Shown: positions 14,201-26,601 of the stretch, one piece after another
Layout: the number at the start of each line of letters is the position of its first letter
Position numbering within the stretch: the first letter of the stretch is position 1
From: the human T2T-CHM13v2.0 reference genome, Homo sapiens
Length of the DNA: 64,000 nt
Assembly: GCF_009914755.1 (NCBI RefSeq)
Contig: NC_060929.1
Reading direction: 5' to 3' (one strand)
Position numbers and translations under genes: made by a program
Notes under the pieces: model-generated
The model's database searches: none
Told to the model about the DNA's origin: nothing
What the model saw: the letters and a program-made list of their open reading frames with translations, nothing else

Positions 14201-14933
14201 GAAGATTTGTCAAAGGCTGAAAGTGGGATGTTGAAGTCTCCACCTATTATTGTATTGGGATCTATCTCTCTCTTTAGCTCTAATAATCTTTGCTTTATAC
14301 ATCTGGGTTCTCCAGAGTTGGGTGCATATATTTGCAATTGTTATATCCTCTTGCTGACTTGACCCCTTTATCATTAGATAATGACCTTGTTTGTCTCTTT
14401 TTATAGTTTTTATCTTAAAATCTATTTTGTCTAAGTATAGCTACTCCTGCCCCTTTTTGGTTTCTATTTGCATGGAATATCTTTTCCATCCCTTTATTTT
14501 CAGTCTATGTGTGTCTTTAGAGGCAAAGTGTGTTTCTTGTACACAATAGATGGTTGGATCTTGTCTTTTTAAATCCATTCAGCCAGTTTATGTCTTTTGA
14601 TTGGAAAGTTTAGTCCATTTACATTCAATGTTATTATTGATAAGTAAGGACTTAACTCCTGCCAGTTTGTTATTAGTTTTCTGGTTATTTTGTGGTTTTC
14701 TCTTCTTTCATTCCTTCTTGTCTTCCTTTTAGTGAGGGTGATTTTCTGCAATGGTGTGTTTTAATTTCTTGCTTTTTATTTTTTATGTATGTGTTGTATG
14801 TTTTTTATTTGAGGTTACTATGATGCTTACAAATAATATAACCCACTTATTTTAGACTGATGGCAACTTAACACTGATTGCATAAACAAACTAACAAACA
14901 AGCAAAAAGCAAATGAACAAAAACTCTGCGCTT

Positions 14934-15223
14934 CATTTTTGTGTTTTTTATTATTTTATTTAACTTTAAATTCTGGGATACAAGTGCAGAACATGTAGGT
15001 TTGTTACATAGGTATACGTGTGTCATGGTGGTTTGCTGCACTTATCAAATTAATCCATCATCTAGGTTTTAAGCCCCGAATGCATTAGCTATTTGTCCTA
15101 ATGCTTTCCCTCCACTCATCCCCTAACCCCCTGACTGGCCCCAATGTGTGCTGTTCACCTCCCTGTGTCCATGTGTTCTTATTGTTTAACTCCCACTTAT
15201 GATTGAGAACATGCAGTGTTTGG
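14934..15223 (-). mobile_element. Short L1PA 3' fragment (older L1PA) nested in L1MA
   Basis: L1PA 3'UTR; TSD aaaaactctgc(g/a)ctt at 14919 and 15224. Confidence 0.88.
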
Positions 15224-16049
15224 AAAAACTCTGCACTTTAACTTCATCCTCCTGCTTTTTAACTTTTTGTCACTTGTATTTATATTTTCTTGTATTGTGT
15301 ATGTCTTGAAAAGTTGTTGTAGTTATTATTTTTGATTAGTTTATGTTGTTGTCATTCTACTCGACATGAGTAGTTTACACACCACAATTACAATGTTATA
15401 ATATTCTGTGCTTTTCTGTGTACCTACTGTTACACAGTAATAGGGAGTTTTGTACCTTCAGATGGTTTCTTATTGCTCATTAATGTCCTTTTCTTTCAGA
15501 TTGAATCACTCCCTTGAGCATTTCTTGTAGGACAGGTCTGGTATTGATGAAATCCTTAGCTTTTGCACTACTGGGAAAATCTTTAATTTTCTTTCATGTT
15601 TGAAGAATATTTTCACCAGATATACTATTCTAGTTTAAAAGTTTTTTCCTTCAGCACTTTAAATATGTTGGGCTACTCTCTCCTGGCCTGTAAGGTTTCT
15701 ACTGAGATGTTTGCTGCCAGATATATTGGAGCTCCATTGTATGTTATTTGTTTCTTTTTCTCTTGCTACTTTTAGGATCCTTTCTTTAACCTTGACCATT
15801 GGGAGTTTCATAATTAAATGTCTCAAGTTCTTTTTTGGGTTAAATCTGCTTGGTGTTCTATAACTTTCTTGTACTTGAATATTGATATCTTTTTCTAGGT
15901 TTGGAAAGTTCTCTGTTATTATCCCTTTGAATAAACTTTCTGCTGCGTCACTCTCTCTACCTCCTCTTTAAGGCCAGTAACTCTTGAATTTGCCCCTCTA
16001 AGGCTATTTTCTAGATTTGGTAGATGTGCTTCATTGTTTTTTTAAATTC

Positions 16050-16838
16050 TTTTTTCTTTTTTTTCATTATACTTTGAGTTCTAGGGTACATGCGCACAAT
16101 GTGCAGGTTTGTTACATAGGTATACATGTGCCATATTGGTTTGCTGCACCCATCAACTCATCATTTACATTAGGTATTTCTCCTAATGCTATCCCTTCCC
16201 CAGCCCCCCACCCCCCGACAGGCCCTGGTGTGTGATGTTCCTCGCCCTGTGTCCATGTGTTCTCATTGTTCAATTCCCACCTATGAGTGAGAACATGTGG
16301 TGTTTGGTTTTCTGTCCTTGTGATAGTTTGCTGAGAATGATGCTTTCCAGCTTCATCCATGTCCCTGCCAAGGACATGAACTCATCGTTTTTTATGGCTG
16401 CATAGTATTCCATGGTGTATATGTGCCACATTTTAATAATCCAGTCTATCATTGATGGACATTTGGATTGGTTCCAAGTCTTTGTTATTGTGAATAGTGC
16501 CACAATAAACATACATGTGCATGTGTCTTTATAGTAGCATGATTTATAATCTCCTGGGTATATACCCAGTAATGGGATGGCTGGGTCAAATGGTATTTCT
16601 AGTTCTAGATCCTTGAGAAATCGCCACACTGTGTTCCACAATGGTTGAACTAATTTACACTTCCACCAACAGTGTAAAAATGTTCCTCTTTCTCCACATC
16701 CTCTCCAGCATCTGTTATTTCCTGACTTTTTAATGATCACCATTCTAACTGGCGCGAGATGGTATCTCATTGTATTTTTGATTTGCATTTCTCTGATGAC
16801 CACTGATGATGAGCATTTTTTCAAGTGTCTGCTGGCTG
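16050..16838 (-). mobile_element. 5'-truncated L1PA nested in L1MA
   Basis: ORF2 C-terminal Cys-rich frame (ORF 16270-16824), 3'UTR and T tail. Confidence 0.92.
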
Positions 16839-17907
16839 TTTTTTTATTATTATTTTTTCTTTTGTTTCCTCTGACTATGTATTTTCAAATATCCTGTCCT
16901 CATGTTCACTAGTTTTTTCTTCTGCATGATCACTTCTGCTGTTAAGAGACTCTGATGCATTCTTCAGTAGGTCAATTGCATTTTCAACTCCAGAATTTCT
17001 CCTTGATTCTTTTAAATTATTTCAATGTGTTTGTTGAATTTATCTTATAGGACTGTGAATTCCTTCCCTGTGTTATCTTGGATTTCATTGAGCTTCCTCA
17101 AAACAGCTATTTTGAATTCTCTGTCTGAAAGATCACGTATCTTTGTCTTCCCAGGATTGATCCTTGTTGCCTTATTTAGTTCATTTGGTGAGGTCATGTT
17201 TTCCTAGATGATCTTGATGCTTGTGGGTGTTTGTCAGTGTCTGGGCATTGAAGAGTTAGGCATCTATTGTAGTCTTTGCAGTCTGGGCTTCTTTACACAC
17301 ATCCTTCTTGGGAAGGCTTTCCAGGTATTCAAAGGGACTTGGGTATTGTAATCTAAGTTTTTGGTCACTGCATCTGTATCTGCATTAGGCGGCATCCCAA
17401 GCTCAGTCATGCTGTGGCTTTTGCAGACTTATATAGGTACTGCCTTGGTGGTCTTGGATGAGACACGAAAGAGTACTCTGGATTACCAGGCAGAGACTCT
17501 TCTTCTCTTCCATTTATTTTCTGCCAAACAAACGGAGTCTCTCTCTCTGTGCTGAGCTGCCTGAAGCCAGGGAATGCTGACATAAGTATCTCTGTTGTGG
17601 CCACCACCACTGGGACTGTGCTGGGTCAGATCTGAAGCGAGCATAGCAGTGGGTATTGCCCAAGGTCTGTAGTAACCACTGCCTTGCTACCAGTTAGGTT
17701 CACTCAAGGCCCTGAGGCTCTACAATTAACAGGTGGAAAAGCCAGCCAGGCTTATGTTCTTCTCTTCAGGATGCTGAGTTCCCCCTGCCCCTGGGTAGGT
17801 TCAGAGATGCCATCCAGGAGCCAGGGCCTAAAGTTGGAAACCTTAGGATCTACCTGGCGCACTAGTCTACTGCGGCTGAGCTGGTACCCAAGCCACATAA
17901 CAAATTC

Positions 17908-18687
17908 TTTTTTTAAATTTTATTATTATTATACTTTAAGTTTTAGGGTACATGTGCACAATGTGCAGGTTAGTTACATATGTATACATGTCCCATGCTG
18001 GTGTGCTGCACCCAATAACTCGTCATTTAGCAGTAGGTATATCTCCTAATGCTATCCCTCCCCCCTCCCCCCACCCCACAACAGTCCCCAGAGTGTGATG
18101 TTCCCCTTCCTGTGTCCATGTGTTCTCATTGTTCAATTCCCACCTATGAGTGAGAACATGCGGTGTTTGGTTTTTTTTGTCCTTACGATAGTTTACTGAG
18201 AATGATGATTTCCAATTTCATCCGTGTCCCTACAAAGGACATGAACTCATCATTTTTTATGGCTGCATAGTATTCCATAGTGTATATGTGCCACATTTTC
18301 TTAATCCAGTCTGTCATTGTTGGACATTTGGTTTGGTTCCAAGTCTTTGCTATTGTGAATAGTGCCACAATAAGCATACGTGTGCATGTGTCTTTACAGC
18401 AGCATGATTTGTAGTCTTTTGGGTATATACCCAGTAATGGGATGGCTGGGTCAAATTGTATTTCTAGTTCTAGATCCCTGAGGAATCGCCACACTGACTT
18501 CCACAATGGTTGAACTAGTTTACAGTCCCACCAACAATGTAAAAGTGTTCCTATTTCTCCACATCCTCTCCAGCACCTGTTGTTTCCTGACTTTTTAATG
18601 ATTGCCATTCTAACTGGTGTGAGATGGTATCTCATTGTGGTTTTGATTTGCATTTCTCTGATGGCCAGTGATGGTGAGCATTTTTTC
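17908..18687 (-). mobile_element. 5'-truncated young L1PA (L1PA2/3-like) nested in the L1MA 5'UTR
   Basis: acagtccccagagtgtgatgttccccttcc diagnostic; ORF2 C-terminus; 17-bp TSD agccacat(a/g)acaaattc at 17891 and 18688. Confidence 0.92.
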
Positions 18688-20024
18688 AGCCACATGACAA
18701 ATTCTGTGCCACTATTCCTTTCCCTTTTCATAAGCAAAGGAATCTCTCCATATGGTCATCACCACTTCAGGATTATGATGAGTACTTCCTGGCTACTGCT
18801 GATGTTCACTCATGGCCCAAGCACTCTTCAGTTAGCTTGTCATAAATGCTGGGCCTGGGAGTCTCCCTTCAGGGCACTGGGCTCCCCTCTGGCCCAGGGA
18901 GTATCCATAAATGCCATCTAATGGCATCTTGGGGTCTCCATTTCCAAGAGCCAAGGCCTGGAACTGGGGACCCCAAAAGCCCGTTTAGTGTTCTATGCCA
19001 CTGTGGCTGAGCTGGCACTTAAGCTTTGAGACAAAGCCCCCTTTACTATTCCCTTTCCTTTTCTCAAGCAGAAGGAGTCTCTCCCAGTAGTCACCATGGC
19101 TGGGAATGTGCTGGGCCACACCTAAAGCCAGCATAGCCCTGGGTTTCACCAAAGGCCCACAGCAAATACTTCCTGGCTATTACTGCTGACTATTCAGGGC
19201 CCAAAGGCTCTTTAGACTGCAGGTGATAAATCCTGCCAGGACTGGGTCCTTCCCTTCAAGGCAGCAGGTTCCCTCCTTGCCCAGAATATTTCTAGAAATG
19301 TCATCTGGGAGCTAGGGCCTGGAATGGGGGCCTCAGGACTCCTTTTGGTGGCCTATCCTACTGTGGCTGAGCTGGTAGCCAAATTGCAAGACAGTCCTCT
19401 TTTCTCTTCCATTTCTTCTCCTCAAGTGGAAGGAAGGAGTCTCTTGTGGAGCTGCAAGCTGCACTGCCTGGGGTTGGGAGAGGGTGGGGTGCAAGCACTG
19501 CCTTGGCCATCCTGGCTGGTGTCTCACTAGGTCATGTGTCCCCCACATCCACTGGCTCCACGCCTAGCACAGCACCAGGACTTGCCCACAAATTGCAGTC
19601 CCTGTGGCCTAGACTGTCTTTCAAGTTTATTTAGAACCCAAAGCACTTTAGCCCACTGTGGCAAGGCTTGTTGTATCTCAGGTTCCAACCACTAGGATGG
19701 ATGATTCCCCTTTGGTTAGGGCTAGTGTAAATGCTCCCTTCATGGGCACTGGCTGAGTTCTGCCCAGTATTTCTTTCTGCTGTTAAAAGGCAGCACTGGG
19801 TCCCAGTGCAAAGTCCCACAGTCATTGCACTCTGTCTCTCAAGTGCACAGATTCTCTCTCCACACCACATGGCTGCTGCTGGGGGATGGGGGAAGGTTGG
19901 CATTGGCAATTCAAGGCTGTCTTTCCTACCCTTTTTTAATGCCCCTTTCAGTGATATGAAATGAAAACCAGGTACTGTGATTTATCATCTGGTTTTTGGT
20001 TCTTATGAAGTGTTCTTTTGGCTC

Positions 20025-20066
<42 letters not shown>

Positions 20067-20999
20067 GTTGTTCAATTTGGTGTTCCTGTGGGGACGACAA
20101 CTGGTGGGGGCTTCTATTTAGCCAGCTTGCTCTGTCTTCCAAATGATATCTCTATTTTAGAAATGAGAAAATTGAGAAAGTGAAGGTTAAACAGGTTAAG
20201 TGATAATGCGCAGACATTTTGATGAGGCTTCTAAATGCATGATCTTAACACAGTATACCACCCTGGAGACTGGATCCCAACCCAGACATATTTTCCTGCA
20301 AATGGAAATACAATTTGGTGTGATCACAAATCTGAGCAATGTTATGGAAACTGAGATGGGAGAGGAGATCATTTCTGAGGCCATTACAAGAGAGTAAGAC
20401 CCAATGGCTCTGCAACATGCGCTGGCGTTTGCACATGGCCCAGTGCCCATTTCCTGCACTCCCCAGCCAGGGCAGGAAAGTTTTCTAAAATTTGATTTTA
20501 TGTATTTGTGTGCTTTCTCAAATCCTTTTTGGAAGAAGGCAGCGTACAACTAAATAAATCCATTAAACATAGTCAGTATTGGTATGCATGAAGTTGAAGT
20601 GCATATAAGTGGTCTTCAAAAAGTTTGTGGAATATGTGTATTATGAAAAAAACTATGCATAGATTTCAAAATTATTTTTTAACAAACTTATACTAACTTT
20701 TTATGACATGTCTGAATAGGATTCAATTTGAGGCACTATCAGAGCAAAATGAATTCTGCTGAAATTGAAGCAAGGGGAAACATTAAATTTACAGTGAAGC
20801 TTGGGTTGAAAAATGCTGAAGTAATTGATGCTTTAAAAAAAGCTTGTGGGGACAATGCCTTAAGGAAATCAGAAGTTTACAAATAGATAACTCATTCTGA
20901 GAAAGGACAAGATAATGTTGATAATGAAGCCCACAGTGGCAGACCATCCACATCAAGTTTTGAGAAAAAACAAACTAACCAACCAATCTTGTTTGTGCC

Positions 21000-21421
21000 T
21001 GTATTAGTCTATTCTCACACTGCTATAAAGAAATACCTGAGATTGGGTAATTTATAAAGAAAAGAGGTTTAATTGGCTCACAGTTCTACAGGCTGTACAG
21101 GAAGCAGGATGATGGCAGTCTGCTCAGCTTCTGGGGAGACCTCAGGAAACTTACAATCATGGCAGAAGGCAAAGGGGAAGTAGGCATGTCTTACATGGCT
21201 AGAGCAGGAGGAAGAGGGATGGGGAGGGGGAGATGCTACACACTTTTAAACAACTAGATTTTATGAGAACTCTATCACCATGACAGCACCAAGGGGGATG
21301 GTGTTAAACCATGAGAAACTGCCCCCGTGACCCAATCACCTCCCACCAGTCCCCTTTTCAAATATTGGGGATTACAATTCAACATGAGATTTGGGGAGGG
21401 ACACAGATTCAAACCATATCA
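21000..21421 (-). mobile_element. MSTA-like solo LTR inside Hsmar2
   Basis: tgtattagtctattctcacactgctataaagaaatacctgaga ... aaaccatatca. Confidence 0.88.
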
Positions 21422-21640
21422 ATGGGGAAGACCAGCGATTAACAGCAGAAACAATAATCAACGCCATAGATATCTCAATTGGTTCAGCTTCCACATTTCC
21501 AATGGAAAAATTAAAGTTCAGCAAATATTCCAGTCAATGGGTGCCAAAACTGTTGCAGCCAGATTAGTTGAAGACAAAAGCAGAACTTTCAATGGAAATT
21601 TTAAACAAGTGAAATATCCCAAAGCATTTATTTGGAGAAT

Positions 21641-22026
21641 TGTCCCTGCCAAATCTCATGCTGAATTGTAATCCCCAATGTCAGTGGCGGGGCCTGGTGG
21701 GAGATGTTTGGGTCATGGGGGCGTATCCCTCATGACTTGGTGCTGTCCTTGGCAATAGTGAGTGAATTCTCATGAGATCTGGCTGTTTAAGTGTGTGGCA
21801 CCTCCCTGCCAACCCTGCACTCTGTCTCAGCATGTGAGGTGCCTGCTCCCCCTTCGCCTTCTGCCATTCTTGTAAGCTTGCTGAGGCCCTCGTCGGAAGC
21901 CGAGCAGATTCTGGTGCCATGCTTCTTGTACATCCTGCAGAACCATGAGCTAATTAAACAACTTTTCTTTATAAATTAACCAGTCTCAGTTATTTCCTTA
22001 TTTCAATGCAAAAATGGCCTAATACA
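21641..22026 (+). mobile_element. MSTA/B-like solo LTR (5' end clipped) inside Hsmar2
   Basis: tgtccctgccaaatctcatgctgaattgtaatcccc ... aatggcctaataca. Confidence 0.85.
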
Positions 22027-25000
22027 CAGGGGGATGAAACACTGCTTTACCAACATGATCCTGAAGACAAACACAATTAAAGCAGTGGCTACCAAGAGGT
22101 GGAAGTGGTCAAGAGCCAAGGTTATGGCAATGGTTTCTTGAAATGCTTAAGGCATTTTGCTTGTTGACTTTCTGGAGGATCAAAGAATGGTAACTTTTGT
22201 TTATTTTGAGAGTGTTTTGATAAAGTTAGTCAAAACTTTGCCTAGAAATGTCTGGGAAAGTTTCGCCAGAGACTTCTTCCCCACCACGACAATATTCCTG
22301 CTCATTTCTGTCATCAAACAAAGGTGATTTTGTGAGAGTTTTGATGGGAAATCATTAGGTATCTACCTTATAGTCCTGATTTGGCTCCTTCTGACTTCTC
22401 TTTGTTTCCTGATCTTAAATAAATTTGTAAAGGGCACTCATTTTTTATTTTTTTCAGTTAATAAAGATTGCATTGACATGCTTAAGTTTCCAGGACCCTT
22501 GGTTTTTTAGGGATAAACTACATGGTTGGGATCACCACTCAGAAGAGTGTCTTGAACTTGATGAATCTTTTGTTAAGAAATAAAGTTCATATTTTAAATT
22601 TTTATCTTTTAATTCCATTTTACATGAACTTTTTGAAGTCCCCATTCACACTCGTTTTTGTGAATATAATAATCTACATAAATTAACTTGTCTATAAATC
22701 AATGATATGAGAATTCTTCATATAGCTTGCAAATCTTATGCCAGTATTCAGGTTAAATCACTGACTAGCTATACGTTTTTCAGAAGTCTTTCTAATGTCA
22801 CTTTGCCTCAGAACATCTTCAAAGAAGTGAAAAAAAGATGGTAGTTGATGGAAATCTAAGAGGATTATAATAAAGAAACAACTCTGTGTTTTCAAAAGAA
22901 CCCCTTAAGGTCACATTTAGCTGCAGCTTCTGATGAGATTGAATTATAAATTTAATTAGAAAAATATAAAATTACTATTATTTATAGTGCTGGCAAATTA
23001 AAATAATAGATTTATATAATAGAAGAAAAAGAGTAAGTTAATAAAGTCCCTGCTAAGGAAAGTAAGAACCTAGAGGCAAAATTTTAATTTAATTTTTTGG
23101 CATCCATTGATTTTTTTTCCCCACTTCTTGAATAGTTCACTCTAAAACAGCAACTATATGTAAAGAATGAAATCTCAACACTGATTACATTACAGAAATG
23201 TTCTTGAATTATTTGTAATGTTCTTTCATCTTTTCTGCCTCTAGGGGGGAGTGTGTTTTCAACAATTCTGGCCTCAGAAGGTATTTTATTGTGGGCCACA
23301 GGCTTCACAGGGGTATTCTCGAATACAACTTTAGGGCTGGCTCAACAAGGGAGAAAAGGACCTCTGAAAATCTAGGTGGGTTCTTAGTTTAGAGGTTGCA
23401 GCCAGGATGCCAAGGGAGAAGAGTTGCAGAGACTGTTACAGTTGGTGGTGGAGAAAACTTACTTCTGATAGAATTTCTAATACACTTCAAAGAATCACAT
23501 GTTAGTTTTCCTATATTAATGCTGTCTTTCCTGGTAGTGAGAAATAACATATAGACAGTAATTTCATTTCATAGAGCTGGAAAATAAACCGTTGAATACT
23601 TTATAGAAAACTTGCCACCTTATTGTAGTAGCTTGCCACCTTATTGTAGTAGCTTTAAAAAAAAAAAAAAAAAAAACAACCCAAACAACAAAACATGGTT
23701 TGTGGATATTAAGTAAAACATTTCTAAACCTCATAAAAAGTCTATTAGTTTCTGAAATATCCTGTTTAGAGCTAACATTGTCTTTCTTTCAAATGGCTAA
23801 TTTTCTTTCATTTTGCAGCATTTTCCCATAACTTTCCTTTGGTTTCATTCAACAACTGAAGCCAGAAAGGAAGCACCTAGTAAAAAGGTTACCACTCTTT
23901 TGAATGTTAAAAAAATACTTATTTTTCCCCATTTCAGTGTTTTACAGAATTGAAAGAAATAATATTTAAAAATTGAGTCAAATAAATAAGTTATTTCTAT
24001 TTTTTCCTTTTGATTCATTTTTGTGATTAAAGTGCTGCAAAAATTCTATTACAAAATGTTATTTTTGGGTTTATTGTGCTGTATTAGCCTCCAAACTTAG
24101 CTATATATATATATAAAAATTTGATATAAAGAATGTTATTACTTAGAGTAGAAATTAACTTTGTTCCTAACACTTTCACATGATGTAACTGGTGGTCCTT
24201 GGTTTACTTTGAATACAATCCCATTTAAAAATATTCTCAGGGGATGAAGAGGTATTTAAGTATATCACTTATACTGTTTGGGCCTTAATTCATCTAGAGA
24301 GTAAGGGGTGTCAGGCTGGGTGACTTAAGTCTTCTGGCCTGAAGATTTAGAACTACTTATTTACACAAACTTTCAGTTGGTTGCAAAAATTCTAACTTGA
24401 TGGAAAGTAAACAAACCCGTAACTTTGAAATCCATACACTTACATTACTTGGTGGGTCTTCCCATAATCTTGTGACTCTTTTCATTTGAAAAGGTTTTTT
24501 AAAAACCCTAATTGTTGCTCACTGGAATTCTTAAGGGGTGTTTTGAGCTTCAGCAAAAGCATAACACTGGCTTTTTTTTTTTTTTTAATTCGTTCCGCTG
24601 CTTGGTTTGGGGTCTCTTCCCTTCCGCAGCTTGGTCTTGTTGCTGCTCTTGAGTGTGACAAACTGCAAGTCGAGAGCTCTTGTCCAAAAGCTGCGGAGAG
24701 GCTACGGGCACTCACCCTTACTTAAGCGCACTGCCCTGCTGTTGAACTGCAGGCGAGGCTAGGTAGCATCTGGGATGGGACAGGCGTTCACACCGGTGCC
24801 ACTGAAACCCCAGACTCTCCGCATAAACCCACACCACACGCGGCAGAATCATATCGCCATTGGCTGGTGTTCCGCAGACACAGGGCATACCGCAGAGTAA
24901 TAGGAAACACTGGTTCCTACCACTGTGGCCAGTGGTAGGACTGGGTCTCCGAGGCAGGACCTTTCTTGGAGTCTCGGAACCCCAGCACAGTGCCTGGCAA

Positions 25001-26322
25001 CCAGTTTCGAAATCCATTAAGACCCTTGGAATTCATGATTTAGTTCTTGTTTTGTTGTTGTTCTTTTTCTTTTTTTTTTTTTTTAATCTGTGCTGCCATA
25101 AACGCCTGCCCTTCTGCAAATTCAGGAAAGATTTAATTGCTGTGGAGCACTAAATCTCAATTTCCAGTGTGTGTGGATTACCCTGTTTGTGGAATTAAAT
25201 TTTATACAGATGTCTCTTTTGCTCCTGGTTAGTGGCTCTAATTAAATAAATGGAAATTCTCGCAGGAATTAGAAGCTCCTACTTAACAGTGAAGATTTCG
25301 GGATCACAGTGCATAATCTGAATATAAATGACCCAGAAGCTGAAACATTACCCATAATCACATTGACGGTTCCAGAAAGAGCGATAAGGAGAGTGCTGTT
25401 AAGGGAGGCGAGCGCTGACGCCAGAAGTTGCCATATCCCCAGAAACCCCAGTTTGCCTTTTCACCGTCGCAAGTGAGAACCAGAGCGCGTTAAAGGCCTC
25501 GGAGTAAAAAACGCAGCGTCTGGGACTGCGGCACCCGGGTTGAGTCGGGTGCAAGTTTCTGCCGAAAGAGGGCGTCGGTCTGAGACTAAAAGAAATTTGT
25601 GGACACGGACGCCTAGTCAAATGAAAGACCATTTTAACACATTTTCAATGTATTTAAATGTGCGGGACTTAATTGTCAGAATTCTCCCGCCCAGTGTAGC
25701 CCGTTCACATTGCAAATGACTTGGCTGCAGTAGGCACAGAAGGTCCAGTTCCATTTTGACCCGCCCCGCCGCGCGGCGGACTCCCGCGATGCTCCTCTGG
25801 TCACGGACTTCTCCAGAGCCGCTTCCCTCCGGTCTCCACCGCTGCTGTGGCTATGGCCAGTGGGAGGACTGGGTCTCCGAGGCAGGACCTTTCTTGGAGT
25901 CGCGGAACCCCAGCACAGTGCCTCGAGCGCTCCAGAGAAGGAGCGGTTGGATCTTTGAGCACTCAGGTTGGAGGGGAGCGTGTGTCGTACCCGGGGGACC
26001 TACCGGGAACGTTTTGGGAAAGACAGTCCCTTTATTTAGGTACCTGGTTTAGCAAACAAAGCCCCGAGGACGCTTTGGGGATGCTTTCCAAGCTTTGTGA
26101 CACCTCCAGAAGTTGAACCATTCCCTCGCCTTTGGGAGCAACAAGTTTCACTTTCCTGCTCTCAGTGCGCTGACAGAGGGTCCGTGAGCTGGGACACTGT
26201 GACCTCGGCACCGCTGCGATTCCAGCGCAAACCTGCGTGGCCCAGGGGGAGGGGGCTGGCGCGGGGCTGAGGAAGGCGGGGTGTAGGTGACGCCCGGGCC
26301 AGCCGGGCACACCAGGTCCGCG

Positions 26323-26443
26323 ATGGAGCCATCTGCACTGGGACCTTGGTCCTTGTTCCCTGACCTTGCGCCGAGGGACCAGGAAGGTCAGGTGCTCGCC
26401 CCGCGTCGGTGCTTCAGGAGGGAATGTGGCCAGAACGAGAAAG
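26323..26443 (+). CDS. NPR3: Candidate proximal alternative first coding exon of NPR3 (MEPSALGPWSLFPDLAPRDQEGQVLAPRRCFRRECGQNEK)
   Basis: Strong Kozak gcgATGG, 40 codons + G, near-consensus donor AAG|gtgaga; phase 1 matches the exon 2 acceptor; lies in the CpG island. Agrees with my unverified recollection of a short annotated NPR3 isoform. Confidence 0.75.
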
Positions 26444-26539
26444 GTGAGAGCAAGCGGCACCTAAGGATTTTTGCACCGAAACCACAATTTCTAGAACCAT
26501 CCCTTTCCCCCAGTCCTGGTTTTTTTTTTTTTTTGCACG

Positions 26540-26586
<47 letters not shown>

Positions 26587-26601
26587 CGTGCGCGCGCGCA
26601 T
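26540..26601. repeat. (TG)n/(CG)n alternating purine-pyrimidine microsatellite
   Basis: 62 bp of uninterrupted R/Y alternation following a T tract. Confidence 0.95.

Larger units (their letters stand above)
20606..22648 (+). mobile_element. Hsmar2 mariner DNA transposon, full span, decayed transposase, split by two MaLR LTRs
   Basis: TIRs ggtcttcaaaaagtt...ggaa and ttccattttacatgaactttttgaagtcccc; transposase start ATGAATTCTGCT at 20749; GDET motif near 22030 and YSPDLAPSDF (tatagtcctgatttggctccttctgacttc) near 22369. Confidence 0.9.

Noticed and set aside
16270-18737. Two similar 184-aa ORFs, and L1PA copies truncated within about 15 nt of the same L1 position
   Set aside because: Both are L1 ORF2 C-terminal remnants. 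Different subfamily diagnostics and different flanks indicate independent insertions, not a gene or a duplication.
17560-19430. Recurring ~0.3-0.4 kb units containing ggctgagctgg
   Set aside because: They lie in the L1MA 5'UTR, which has an internally repeated structure; not a new array.
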